64,000 bases of DNA, taken from Bacteroidota bacterium (GTDB lineage: Bacteria > Bacteroidota > Bacteroidia > Bacteroidales > UBA12077). Of the stretch, positions 18,676 to 28,003 are shown piece after piece. The DNA lies in contig JAYEKP010000083.1 of assembly GCA_034661075.1 (NCBI GenBank), positions 220 through 64,219 on the forward strand. The letters run 5' to 3'. Below the pieces are notes generated by a model. That model searched no databases, was not told where the DNA came from, and saw only the letters and a list, made by a program, of their open reading frames with translations. Each line of letters opens with the position of its first letter. Position 1 is the first letter of the stretch. The translations under genes were made by a program, and so were the position numbers.

Positions 18676-19797
18676 CTATCTCGTTTTATCTTTTTTTGAG
18701 GCGGCAATTTTATTCATTACTTCCGTTTGTTTTTGAATAGATTCTTTGTGAACCAACTCAAGTAATTTTTTGATAAAATCTTCGGATAATCCCAGTTCTT
18801 TACCCTGCTTTAGCCGTGTGGCAATAATTTTTCCCCATCGCCGTAACTGGAGGATAGTTACTTCGTTTTTGCTTTTATATTTCCCTATTTCTCCAACAAT
18901 ATCCATTCGTTGTGAAAGTAATTCAAGCATTTGCTGATCGATGGAATCGATCTTATCACGCAAACTTTCTAACACGCTGATGAATTCGTTATTTTTTACC
19001 GATATTGATCTGAATATAAGTTTATTCAGTAAATCATTCAACTGCTTGGGCGTTAGTTGCTGATTCATATCACTCAATGCAGCTGTAGGATTGATGTGTG
19101 TTTCAATCATCAAACCATTCATATTTAAATCCATGGCTTTTTGGGCTATTTCAGGAATAAACTCTGTATTACCTGCAATATGACTGGGATCGCAAATAAT
19201 AGGTAAGCTGTGGTACCTACTTTTTAATTCAATAGGGATTTCCCATTTGGGAATATTACGCAGGGTAGTGGCTTCGAAAGGATAGAACCCCCGATGAATA
19301 GCAGCCAGTTTATGAATCCCTGCTTTATGGAAACGTTCCAAGGCACCAACCCATAATTGAATATCCGGGTTTATCGGGTTTTTTACCATTACCGGTTTAT
19401 CGTATCCTTTTAAACTATCAGCCAGTTCCTGCACAGAAAAAGGGTTGGATGTTGTACGTGCACCAATCCATAAGATATCAATATCATATTTGATGGCCAG
19501 TTTAACATGCTCCGGATTAGCTACCTCGACAGTAGTTAGAAGTCCTGTTTCCTTTTTAACCTGTTGCAGCCATTGGAGTCCCTGTTCGCCAACACCTTCG
19601 AAATTTCCGGGCCGTGTACGTGGTTTCCAAATACCCGAGCGGAAAACATTTACTTTGTCCAGTTTAGCAATTGCATGGGCTGTTTGCATAACCTGCTCTT
19701 CGCTTTCAGCGCTGCAAGGGCCTGCAATGAGTAAGGGTGTGTTTTTAAGCCCGGGATACCATTGTTGTATCGGTTTGATATTTTTGAGTTTTGTCAT
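18676..19797 (-). CDS. bifunctional 3-deoxy-7-phosphoheptulonate synthase / chorismate mutase
   Basis: The N-terminal roughly 270 aa are KDSA/AroG-like (GPCSAESEEQ...DPSHIAGN). The C-terminal roughly 90 aa are a type II chorismate mutase helix bundle (LRDKIDSIDQQMLELLSQRMDIVGEIGKYK). Confidence 0.85.
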   Translation of the reverse strand: MTKLKNIKPIQQWYPGLKNTPLLIAGPCSAESEEQVMQTAHAIAKLDKVNVFRSGIWKPRTRPGNFEGVGEQGLQWLQQVKKETGLLTTVEVANPEHVKLAIKYDIDILWIGARTTSNPFSVQELADSLKGYDKPVMVKNPINPDIQLWVGALERFHKAGIHKLAAIHRGFYPFEATTLRNIPKWEIPIELKSRYHSLPIICDPSHIAGNTEFIPEIAQKAMDLNMNGLMIETHINPTAALSDMNQQLTPKQLNDLLNKLIFRSISVKNNEFISVLESLRDKIDSIDQQMLELLSQRMDIVGEIGKYKSKNEVTILQLRRWGKIIATRLKQGKELGLSEDFIKKLLELVHKESIQKQTEVMNKIAASKKDKTR

Positions 19798-19853
19798 TTT
19801 TATCGGTTCATTCGATAAATGTAATGGTTTTTATCTGGGATATTCCAAACCGA

Positions 19854-19973
19854 TTATTCATCTTTAGCCAGTTGATCATCAAGTTTTTTCACTGCAAAAA
19901 CCGATAGCTTGTAGCTTACCCAAATAAGTACCGGCCAACTGATGAGCCAAAGAATTTCTGTTAAATATATCAT
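19854..19973 (-). CDS. unlisted 39-aa single-TM small protein directly downstream of cydB (CydX-like candidate)
   Basis: Hand translation gives ATG at 19973-19971 and TAA at 19856-19854: MIYLTEILWLISWPVLIWVSYKLSVFAVKKLDDQLAKDE. It has a hydrophobic core and charged tail, lies 20 nt after the cydB stop, and is on the same strand. Confidence 0.4.
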   Translation of the reverse strand: MIYLTEILWLISWPVLIWVSYKLSVFAVKKLDDQLAKDE

Positions 19974-19993
19974 AAATTTTGCTGTTTTTAGAA

Positions 19994-21124
19994 TTAATAA
20001 ACATGGATATCCTCACCCATTTCTTCTTTATTAATTTTTTTGTTATTAATTGATTTCCATGCATACCATATATACGCAGCAACCAAAGGAACCATTAATG
20101 AAACATAACTCATCGCAGTTAAAGTGTACTTGCTTGATGAGGCATTTTCAATGGTTAATGAGCTTTGTAAATTAAATGTTGAGGGATAAAAGGCGGTATG
20201 GTTAAACCCGGCAACCAGAAATAATGCAAAAACGGTTAATATGGTACCGGGCCCGGCATACCATATCCCGTTGGAGCATGCTTTATGAATCGATTTTCCT
20301 ATACCAAACAAAACCAATAATACCCCTGCAATAAAAAGGATTGCTACTACAGGCATCTGTAAAAAATTATGCAGATATTTATTAGGCTCCATAAATACCT
20401 CTTTCGTTTCCGGATGATAGGCAAAACCATCGATAAACAGCAGCCATATAACAAAAGTCAAAAAGAAAATTACAAAAAGTATTGCATTATATACTAACTT
20501 CTTTTTTGCACGCGAGATCATATCCTCTTCATCAATATTATTTATAAAATAAAGGATCCCTAGTGTTCTGGCCAGGAAAAAAACGGCAAACCCGAGTGAA
20601 AGGTTATGTGGGTTTAATGCCAGTTCTAACCCTCGGGCTGAACCTTCCCAGAAGGATGAGTTCATGTCATTGACATAAAATTCCGATCCGGTAAAAAAGG
20701 TTGCTACAGCAGTTCCCAGCAAAATAGTTCCCAGTGCACCATTAATAAAAAGGAATGTTTCATAGGTTTTTGCCCCTAAAAAATTATTTGGTTTTGATCT
20801 GTATTCGTAAGAAGTAGCTTGAATAATAAAAGCAAAAAGGATAAGCATCCATACCCAGTAAGCCCCTCCGAAATTAGTGGCATAAAACAGCGGGAACGAT
20901 GCAAAAAAGGCACCTCCGAATGTTACCAGGGTGGTAAATGTAAATTCCCATTTTCGGCCTAAAGAGTTTACCAGCATGCGGCGCTCGATATCTGTTTTGC
21001 CTAAAGTGTAGATTAGTGTTTGACCGCCCTGAACAAAAAGCAGGAATACAAGCGTTGAGCCAAGTAGTGAGATTATAACCCACCAATATTGTTGTAATGC
21101 AAAGTGTGATAATGTTTCAAACAT
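19994..21124 (-). CDS. cydB: cytochrome bd ubiquinol oxidase subunit II
   Basis: 376-aa polytopic protein immediately following cydA with a 1-nt gap. Confidence 0.9.
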   Translation of the reverse strand: MFETLSHFALQQYWWVIISLLGSTLVFLLFVQGGQTLIYTLGKTDIERRMLVNSLGRKWEFTFTTLVTFGGAFFASFPLFYATNFGGAYWVWMLILFAFIIQATSYEYRSKPNNFLGAKTYETFLFINGALGTILLGTAVATFFTGSEFYVNDMNSSFWEGSARGLELALNPHNLSLGFAVFFLARTLGILYFINNIDEEDMISRAKKKLVYNAILFVIFFLTFVIWLLFIDGFAYHPETKEVFMEPNKYLHNFLQMPVVAILFIAGVLLVLFGIGKSIHKACSNGIWYAGPGTILTVFALFLVAGFNHTAFYPSTFNLQSSLTIENASSSKYTLTAMSYVSLMVPLVAAYIWYAWKSINNKKINKEEMGEDIHVY

Positions 21125-21125
21125 T

Positions 21126-22691
21126 TTAATGTCCTCCTTCTTTATGTCCGATTTTTATTTGTTTGGTCATGATTTTTATTTCTGCAATAAGCAGTGCTGT
21201 AAAAATGATAGCAAACAGCCAGAAGGTAATTTGCACGGCGCTGGCATCAATATTTGATACGGCAGCAACTGTAGGCAGTAAGTCCTGGATGGTCCATGGC
21301 TGCCGGCCTACTTCGGCCACAATCCATCCCGACATACTGGCAATGTAAGCTAATGGGATGGTAAATATTGCCAGTCGTAAAAGCCATTTTTTGGTTTCCA
21401 GCTTGTTTTTATAAATTAAGTATAGTACAACCATAAATAACAGCACAAAATAAAATCCTAAAGCCACCATAATGTGAAAACTGTAGAAGGTTAACGGGAC
21501 ATTTGGAATAATACTTTTGGGATTGTTTAAAAATCCGTATCCAAAATACTGGAAATTTTCTCTGAAAACTTTTAAGGATTGCTCTTGAATCGTATCGTTA
21601 CCATTTTCTTTGGCTTCTTTATATTCAGCTAATGCATTAATGGATAGTTTTCCTTTTTCAATTTTTTCTGTAGCTGAAATAGCTGTTCGGGTTTCTCCAT
21701 TTTCATCGGTCATCGGATACCCCCCCTCAATCAAATTTTTTACTCCCGGAACAAAAGCATTGAAATCTCGGTAACCTAAAAATGAAAGTAATTTTGGAAT
21801 TTCAATTTTAAACACATAATCATCTTTATCATCATCGTATTCTTTGCCTGGTGTAGGCACTCCGATCATAATTAAACCGGCACCTTCAGAACCCTCATAT
21901 AATCCTTCCATGGCAGCCAGCTTCATGGGTTGTTTTTGGGCCACCTGGTACGCAGAACCGTCGCCGGTATATATCAGAAATAAGCTACTTAGCAAACCAA
22001 AAACTCCGGCAATAATCATACTGCGCTTAGCCATTAATTGCTCCCGGCCTTTTAGTAAAAACCAGGCACTCACTCCAATAACAAAAATTGATGCTAAAAC
22101 AAATCCGGAAGTTATGGTATGTAAAAATTTATTTACAGCGACCGGAGATAAAAAAACATCCCAAAAATTCAGCATTTCATTTCTTGCCGTATCAGGATTA
22201 AAATGCATCCCTATCGGATGCTGCATCCATCCATTGGCTACTAAAATCCACAGAGCGGATAAATTAGCTCCAATGGCTACCAGCCATGTGGATATCAGAT
22301 GAAATTTTTTACTTACTTTATTCCAGCCAAAAAACATTACGGCAATAAAAGTAGACTCGAGGAAAAAGGCCATGATACCTTCAATAGCTAATGGAGCACC
22401 AAAAATATCACCCACGAACCAGGAGTAATTGGACCAGTTGGTACCAAATTCAAATTCAAGAATTATTCCCGTTGCTACACCAATAGCAAAGTTTATTCCG
22501 AATAGGGTCATCCAGAATTTGGTAGCTTTTTTCCATTCAGGGTCGCCTGTTTTTACATAAATGGTTCCCATAAACGCTATGATAAAGGTAATACCAAGCG
22601 TTAAAGGAACAAACAACCAGTGATACATGGCTGTTAAGGCAAATTGTGCCCTCGACCAGTTTACCAACGCAAAATCAAGATTTTCAATCAT
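21126..22691 (-). CDS. cydA: cytochrome bd ubiquinol oxidase subunit I
   Basis: 521 aa. Contains ...MYHWLFVPLTLG..., a Q-loop region and GWIVAEVGRQPW. Confidence 0.95.
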   Translation of the reverse strand: MIENLDFALVNWSRAQFALTAMYHWLFVPLTLGITFIIAFMGTIYVKTGDPEWKKATKFWMTLFGINFAIGVATGIILEFEFGTNWSNYSWFVGDIFGAPLAIEGIMAFFLESTFIAVMFFGWNKVSKKFHLISTWLVAIGANLSALWILVANGWMQHPIGMHFNPDTARNEMLNFWDVFLSPVAVNKFLHTITSGFVLASIFVIGVSAWFLLKGREQLMAKRSMIIAGVFGLLSSLFLIYTGDGSAYQVAQKQPMKLAAMEGLYEGSEGAGLIMIGVPTPGKEYDDDKDDYVFKIEIPKLLSFLGYRDFNAFVPGVKNLIEGGYPMTDENGETRTAISATEKIEKGKLSINALAEYKEAKENGNDTIQEQSLKVFRENFQYFGYGFLNNPKSIIPNVPLTFYSFHIMVALGFYFVLLFMVVLYLIYKNKLETKKWLLRLAIFTIPLAYIASMSGWIVAEVGRQPWTIQDLLPTVAAVSNIDASAVQITFWLFAIIFTALLIAEIKIMTKQIKIGHKEGGH

Positions 22692-22920
22692 TATCTGTAT
22701 TTTTAGGTTTTGTAAGTTGTTCTAATACATATTCGCTTTTCTCTTCTTCTGTATCAAATTTTTCATTCAAGAAATTTTTAAAAAAGAAAAGTTTCAAAAT
22801 AACAAACATGATAAAAAGTTTTATCAGGATTAAAGCCCATAATTTTTTACCTATGGTCATGTTTTTAAAACCTTCGTAGTAGAAAAAGAAAATGCGTTTA
22901 AAAATATTTTTCCTCTTCAT
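22684..22920 (-). CDS. DUF4492-like small membrane protein preceding cydA
   Basis: The likely start is MKRKNIF (22920). It has one or two hydrophobic helices, overlaps the cydA start by 8 nt, and occupies the position typical of the Bacteroidota DUF4492-cydAB arrangement. Confidence 0.55.
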   Translation of the reverse strand: MKRKNIFKRIFFFYYEGFKNMTIGKKLWALILIKLFIMFVILKLFFFKNFLNEKFDTEEEKSEYVLEQLTKPKNTDND

Positions 22921-23016
22921 GGATGCAAATAAAGAAATTACTACATACCAAAGATAAAAAAAATACGAAAATGACAATAGCGAGCAATCAAAGAATAAAA
23001 TGGAGCTTTATAAAAG

Positions 23017-23649
23017 TTAATTATATTCTTTAGCATCGGAGAAAACATGGATGAACCCTTTTTGTGCTTCCACAGCAGAGTCTTCGGAAGTTAGAATATA
23101 ATAATAAATTCCCGGGCTAACCATTGAACCTGATGTATTTCGTCCGTCCCAAACAATAATAGGTGCTTTTGTTTTAAAAACCAGTGTTCCTGTGCGGCTA
23201 AAAATGGAAATTTCTAAAGGAATAACACCGTTTGCTTTAACAATAAACAAGTCGTTTATGCCATCGTTATTTGGCGTAAAAACATTGGGTATTTTCAGGG
23301 TATCCTGAATAGAATTAGTTCTAGTTTCGCTATATACTGTGGCAGAATTTTTATCGGTAACATCTAAAGTAAAAGAATAAGTTCCGGCAGCATCGAAAAA
23401 GAATGAAGCTGAGGGTAAATAATTTTCGAAAGTGGTTACGTCGCCTGTCCAGTTAAAAACGTAGTCAGCAGTATCGGAAATTACAAAATCGGTTGTGTCG
23501 CCTGCCAATATTTTTTGTGCCTGGCATTTTACTTTAAAGCTGGCAGCAGTGTTCATAAATTTAAAGGTAACATCATCAACCTGTGCAAACCCATTAACTG
23601 ATAAGGTTAACAAAAACAGTATATAAATAAAAAGTTTCTTTTGTGTCAT
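23017..23649 (-). CDS. small secreted PKD-like protein with T9SS type-B (gliding-motility-associated) C-terminal sorting domain
   Basis: Signal peptide, then the C-terminal block IPNVFTPNNDGINDLF...VWDGRNTSGSMVSPGIYYYIL. Confidence 0.75.
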   Translation of the reverse strand: MTQKKLFIYILFLLTLSVNGFAQVDDVTFKFMNTAASFKVKCQAQKILAGDTTDFVISDTADYVFNWTGDVTTFENYLPSASFFFDAAGTYSFTLDVTDKNSATVYSETRTNSIQDTLKIPNVFTPNNDGINDLFIVKANGVIPLEISIFSRTGTLVFKTKAPIIVWDGRNTSGSMVSPGIYYYILTSEDSAVEAQKGFIHVFSDAKEYN

Positions 23650-23696
23650 TAAAAATCATTTATTCACGTAAATATATAAAATACCCTTTTATAATC

Positions 23697-24800
23697 TTAA
23701 ATTTTTTGGGTTATTTTTTTCACCAGCTTAAAATTATTAAAAAATTCTTTTAAAAACACCCTTATTATGGTGTAAGTGGGTATGGCTAGTATCATTCCGG
23801 TTATCCCGAACATGCTTCCAGCCATCAGTAGAATAATAAATATCTCCATGGGGTGTGCATTTACACTACTGGAGTATATAACCGGCTGAAATACAATATT
23901 ATCGATTATCTGAACAATGATAAATACAAGTGTCATCCACCCCAGTAAGGGAAGTAATTCGGTATAGAAAGGAAGCTCTAAATGGGTGGCTAAACCCATG
24001 ATTAATCCTAAGCTTGCCCCTATTATGGGACCTAAATATGGGATTACGTTAAAAATACCTACTACGAGCCCGGTTAACAAAGCATCAGAAAATTCTAATC
24101 CAACAATGGTTAATCCTGTGGATACCAGCAGAATGATGCATGTAATTTGTACAATAATACCTATAAAGTACCTTGTTAATAACTTTTTTATTGATTGAAG
24201 TACTCGTTCGAAGTTTTTCAAATATTTATCCGGAACAAATAAAAAAATGCTTTCATAAAACAGGCCTTTATCTTTTAAAAAGAAAAAGGTCATAAATGAA
24301 ATAGAAAAAGCAGCAATAAAAATATTACCCAGTAAACTAGCCATTGAACTGAAGAAACCAGACAATAATGATATATTTAAAACAGACATTAATTTTTCCG
24401 TTAAGTATTGTTCAATGGGTTGATCCGTAAGAGTATGGATATTAAATTTTAATAATAGCTGTTCGATTTGATCGATGGGACCCTGAAATTTTATCATTAA
24501 GGCATTTGCATCGAGGGTTGATATTTCTTTAGCCTGATCCGCAATTAAAGGAATGAAAACGCGAAAAGATGAAAAAATCATTATCCACATTACAATCAGC
24601 GTAATGAGTGCAGAAATAGCTCTTGGGAATTTTATTTTAAAGATATGTAGCTTATCAATGAAATCAACCAAAGGCCTTCCGATAAGTGAGAGTACTCCTG
24701 CAATAAGAATGTAGGCTACGATAGATTTAAAATACCATAATATAAAACCAACGATGGTAACACCAATAGCAATAAATAAATATTTTAGTTTTCCATTCAT
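23697..24800 (-). CDS. AI-2E family transporter (PerM/UPF0118)
   Basis: 367-aa polytopic protein with a conserved ...VIPYLGPIIG... block. Confidence 0.8.
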   Translation of the reverse strand: MNGKLKYLFIAIGVTIVGFILWYFKSIVAYILIAGVLSLIGRPLVDFIDKLHIFKIKFPRAISALITLIVMWIMIFSSFRVFIPLIADQAKEISTLDANALMIKFQGPIDQIEQLLLKFNIHTLTDQPIEQYLTEKLMSVLNISLLSGFFSSMASLLGNIFIAAFSISFMTFFFLKDKGLFYESIFLFVPDKYLKNFERVLQSIKKLLTRYFIGIIVQITCIILLVSTGLTIVGLEFSDALLTGLVVGIFNVIPYLGPIIGASLGLIMGLATHLELPFYTELLPLLGWMTLVFIIVQIIDNIVFQPVIYSSSVNAHPMEIFIILLMAGSMFGITGMILAIPTYTIIRVFLKEFFNNFKLVKKITQKI

Positions 24801-25019
24801 AGTTAAACTTTAGGGCAAAAAAAGCATCTAATGGGATGTTTTATTAAAAATCTGTACAAACCTTTTTACCTAATAAATCATAATTATTCAAAAATAGTTG
24901 AAAAGAGAATATTTTTGAATATGTCAGGCTAAATTAAGTTTTTTTTGCAGATTATAAAATTAAACCATCATTTTGGGGATATAAAAACTTGCTTAAATAC
25001 AAAATAAAATAAAAAATTT

Positions 25020-25940
25020 ATGTTTCAATCACATTTGGGTGAATTTGCTGCCTTGCTAACGGCTGTTTTTTGGACTATAACGGGAATTGCTTTTGAGTCG
25101 GCAGGGAAAAAAGTAGGTTCATTGTCTACTAACCTTATCAGGCTTTTTATGGCCTTTTTCTTTATTGGATTTTATGGTTTAATTATCCGGGGAGCTTTTA
25201 TACCACTCGATGCTTCAGTTCATAATTGGCTTTGGCTTTCGTTATCCGGGCTTGTTGGATTTGTTATTGGTGACTTGCTTTTGTTCGAAGCTTATGTAGT
25301 TATTGGTTCTAGGGTTTCGATGTTAATTATGTCGCTAACTCCACCGATTACAGCTTTTATTGGTTGGTTAATTATGGACGAAGTTTTGACGACGCAAAAT
25401 ATAATTGGAATGGTTTTAACGATAACCGGTATCGTTTTAGTTGTGATAGAAAGGAAATCAAATAAATTGGGCGAATCGTCCAGGAAAAAAAAGAGGCTTA
25501 ATTTTTCTTATCCTATTGCCGGACTTTTGTTGGCTTTTGGAGGTGCCGTAGGGCAAGGTACAGGTTTGGTATTAAGTAAATTCGGAATGCAGAATATGGA
25601 CCCTTTTGCAGCCACTCAAATAAGGGTTATTACTGGATTTATAGGTTTCTCTATTTTATTTATTGTCCTAAAACGATGGAAAAAGGTATTTGAAGCCATT
25701 AAAAATAAAAAAGCCATGAGCAGGGTAGGGATTGGTGCCTTTTTTGGCCCGTTTTTGGGAGTGTCTTTTTCATTGCTAGCCGTTAAACATACAACAACAG
25801 GTGTTGCATCTACTATTATGGGAATTGTGCCTGTATTAATTATTCCTCCGGCTGTACTTTTTTTTAAGGAAAAAGTTACCCTGAAAGAAATTGTAGGGTC
25901 AGTTATCGCTGTAGGCGGTGTTGCTTTATTCTTTTTGTAA
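25020..25940 (+). CDS. DMT superfamily (EamA-like) transporter
   Basis: 306 aa, about 10 TM helices arranged as two EamA-like halves. Confidence 0.8.
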   Translation: MFQSHLGEFAALLTAVFWTITGIAFESAGKKVGSLSTNLIRLFMAFFFIGFYGLIIRGAFIPLDASVHNWLWLSLSGLVGFVIGDLLLFEAYVVIGSRVSMLIMSLTPPITAFIGWLIMDEVLTTQNIIGMVLTITGIVLVVIERKSNKLGESSRKKKRLNFSYPIAGLLLAFGGAVGQGTGLVLSKFGMQNMDPFAATQIRVITGFIGFSILFIVLKRWKKVFEAIKNKKAMSRVGIGAFFGPFLGVSFSLLAVKHTTTGVASTIMGIVPVLIIPPAVLFFKEKVTLKEIVGSVIAVGGVALFFL

Positions 25941-25973
25941 ACGATTTTTTGTAAATTGCTCAAAAATCGTTTT

Positions 25974-26474
25974 ATGAAGAAATTTGTATATGTTGTTTTT
26001 CTTGTATTACTTTTTGGATGTAAGTCTGTAAATGAAACAGCAGAGGTTGATTATGAGAAAATAAGTAAGGAAGAGTTTCTTGAACAGCCATTTGGTTTCC
26101 CGGAAGATATTGAAAGTTTTTCGGAGAATACATCTTCAAAATTCAGTACCCAGAAATTATTACGAAAGAATAAACACTATCCCGAGAAAACAGATACCAT
26201 TTATCAATTTAGGTACAGGAAATCAGAGATATTTTTTTACAAAACGCATTTAGGACAGGAGTTCTTACTTGCAGGAAAGATTTTAAACAAACAAATTGTC
26301 TTAACAAATGATATAAAAGTAGGTTTATCAAAGGAAGATTTTCAAAACCGATTTTCAAATCCATTTAATATGACCACTGATACCCTCGAAATGATTGGTG
26401 ACGGAACAAAATATACCTTTATTTTTGAAGATGATAAGTTGCACCGAATAAATATTGATAACTATTTTGATTAA
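25974..26474 (+). CDS. hypothetical lipoprotein
   Basis: Start at MKKFVYVV and lipobox LLFGC. No recognisable domain. Confidence 0.4.
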   Translation: MKKFVYVVFLVLLFGCKSVNETAEVDYEKISKEEFLEQPFGFPEDIESFSENTSSKFSTQKLLRKNKHYPEKTDTIYQFRYRKSEIFFYKTHLGQEFLLAGKILNKQIVLTNDIKVGLSKEDFQNRFSNPFNMTTDTLEMIGDGTKYTFIFEDDKLHRINIDNYFD

Positions 26475-26479
26475 TTCTG

Positions 26480-27142
26480 CTATGAATTAAATTCGGCAAT
26501 CACTGTTAGTGAACCCTGGGTTTTTTCGCCAAGTTTGACTTTTACTTTTGCATCGAGCGGTAAAAAAACATCTAAGCGGGAGCCCAAACGGATAAATCCC
26601 AGTTCACCATTTTGTTTTACTTTTAAATCTTTATGGGCATAAGATATTATTCGCCGTGCTACGATTCCTGCAATTTGTCGCACTAAAATCTGACGTTTTT
26701 TATCATCTTCAATAACTACCGTTGTTCGTTCATTTTCAGTAGATGATTTGGGCAAACGGGCTACATAATATTTACCGGGATGGTATTTAAAATATTTGAT
26801 GATCCCTCCAATAGGAAACCAGTTAATATGAATATCCCATATCGACATAAAAATAGAAACCTGAATCCGTTGGTCTTTAAAATATTCGCCTTCATTTGTT
26901 TGTTCAACAGCTACAACTTCTCCGTCAGCCGGAGCGAATATTTTTTTGTCATCAACAATTACTTTTCGGCGAGGATTTCTGAAGAAGAATCCTACAAAAC
27001 TATATAGTAAAACAGTTACAATAACAGTTATCCAGTTGTAAATTGTATTACTTCCAACCAGATAGTATACTCCCAGGTTAATCCCTATTAAAAAAATAAA
27101 GAGTATAACAAGTATAGAAATACCTTCTTTATGAATTTTCAT
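26480..27142 (-). CDS. psd: phosphatidylserine decarboxylase family protein (short membrane-anchored type)
   Basis: 220 aa with an N-terminal TM pair. LGSR near the C-terminus sits at the position of the self-cleavage G-S motif. Adjacent to cdsA. Confidence 0.75.
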   Translation of the reverse strand: MKIHKEGISILVILFIFLIGINLGVYYLVGSNTIYNWITVIVTVLLYSFVGFFFRNPRRKVIVDDKKIFAPADGEVVAVEQTNEGEYFKDQRIQVSIFMSIWDIHINWFPIGGIIKYFKYHPGKYYVARLPKSSTENERTTVVIEDDKKRQILVRQIAGIVARRIISYAHKDLKVKQNGELGFIRLGSRLDVFLPLDAKVKVKLGEKTQGSLTVIAEFNS

Positions 27143-27173
27143 TGGATATTGTTTTGATACAAATTTAAGAATT

Positions 27174-27983
27174 TTAATAAATTAATTGAAGAAAAATATA
27201 AAACACAGGCAAGGAAAATAAGATAGCATCAAAACGATCTAATATACCACCATGTCCAGGTAACATTTTCCCAGAGTCTTTTTTGTCGTGACTGCGCTTA
27301 AATGAAGACTCAACCAAATCACCATAGGTTCCAACAACCGAAACAATAATAGCTGTTATTACCCATTGCATCAGATTTAATTCCGGAAATATCAAAGAGA
27401 TAGGATAGGATGCAATGGTTGTAAAAATTACTCCCCCAATAAATCCTTCCCATGATTTTTTGGGAGAAATACGTTCAAACAATCGATGTTTGCCAAATGA
27501 TATTCCGAGAATATAGGCAAAAGTATCGAAAATCCATGTTAGCATAAAAAAGCCTAAAAGAAGTTTCCAATGGTAATTTCCATTTTCAAAAACCATGTAA
27601 TTAGTTAATGATAAGGGTAAAGCAATGTAGATAATCCCAAGTAATGTAAAACCTACATCAGCCAGTTTTTTTTCTGATTTACGATATAGTTCAGAAATAA
27701 AGATTCCTGCCGTTAGAATAATTAAAGGAAGAAATACTTTTGATCCGATATTTTGGTTAACATAAAAAAAGTTAGCTGCAAAAGTTATTGCCCCTATAAT
27801 AATTCCGTATAATTTTTGAGGTTTATAGTTTTCTTTTTCGGCCAATGAATAAAATTCATACATCGAACAGATAATTATTAGTTCGAATAATATGAAAAAA
27901 CTAATTTTATGAAAAATAATAGCACCAATTACAAGTGTTAAAAAAACAATTCCTGTAATGGTGCGTTGTATTATGTTATTCAA
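27174..27983 (-). CDS. cdsA: phosphatidate cytidylyltransferase
   Basis: Signature SSFKRSHDKKDSGKMLPGHGGILDRFD. Confidence 0.9.
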   Translation of the reverse strand: MNNIIQRTITGIVFLTLVIGAIIFHKISFFILFELIIICSMYEFYSLAEKENYKPQKLYGIIIGAITFAANFFYVNQNIGSKVFLPLIILTAGIFISELYRKSEKKLADVGFTLLGIIYIALPLSLTNYMVFENGNYHWKLLLGFFMLTWIFDTFAYILGISFGKHRLFERISPKKSWEGFIGGVIFTTIASYPISLIFPELNLMQWVITAIIVSVVGTYGDLVESSFKRSHDKKDSGKMLPGHGGILDRFDAILFSLPVFYIFLQLIY

Positions 27984-28003
27984 GATACTTGGGATTTATC
28001 TGG

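Noticed and set aside
19879-20082. Tracked 67-aa minus-strand ORF overlapping the 3' end of cydB.
   Set aside because: It overlaps cydB out of frame and is hydrophilic with no recognisable features. The 39-aa TM sORF in another frame (19854..19973) explains the region better.
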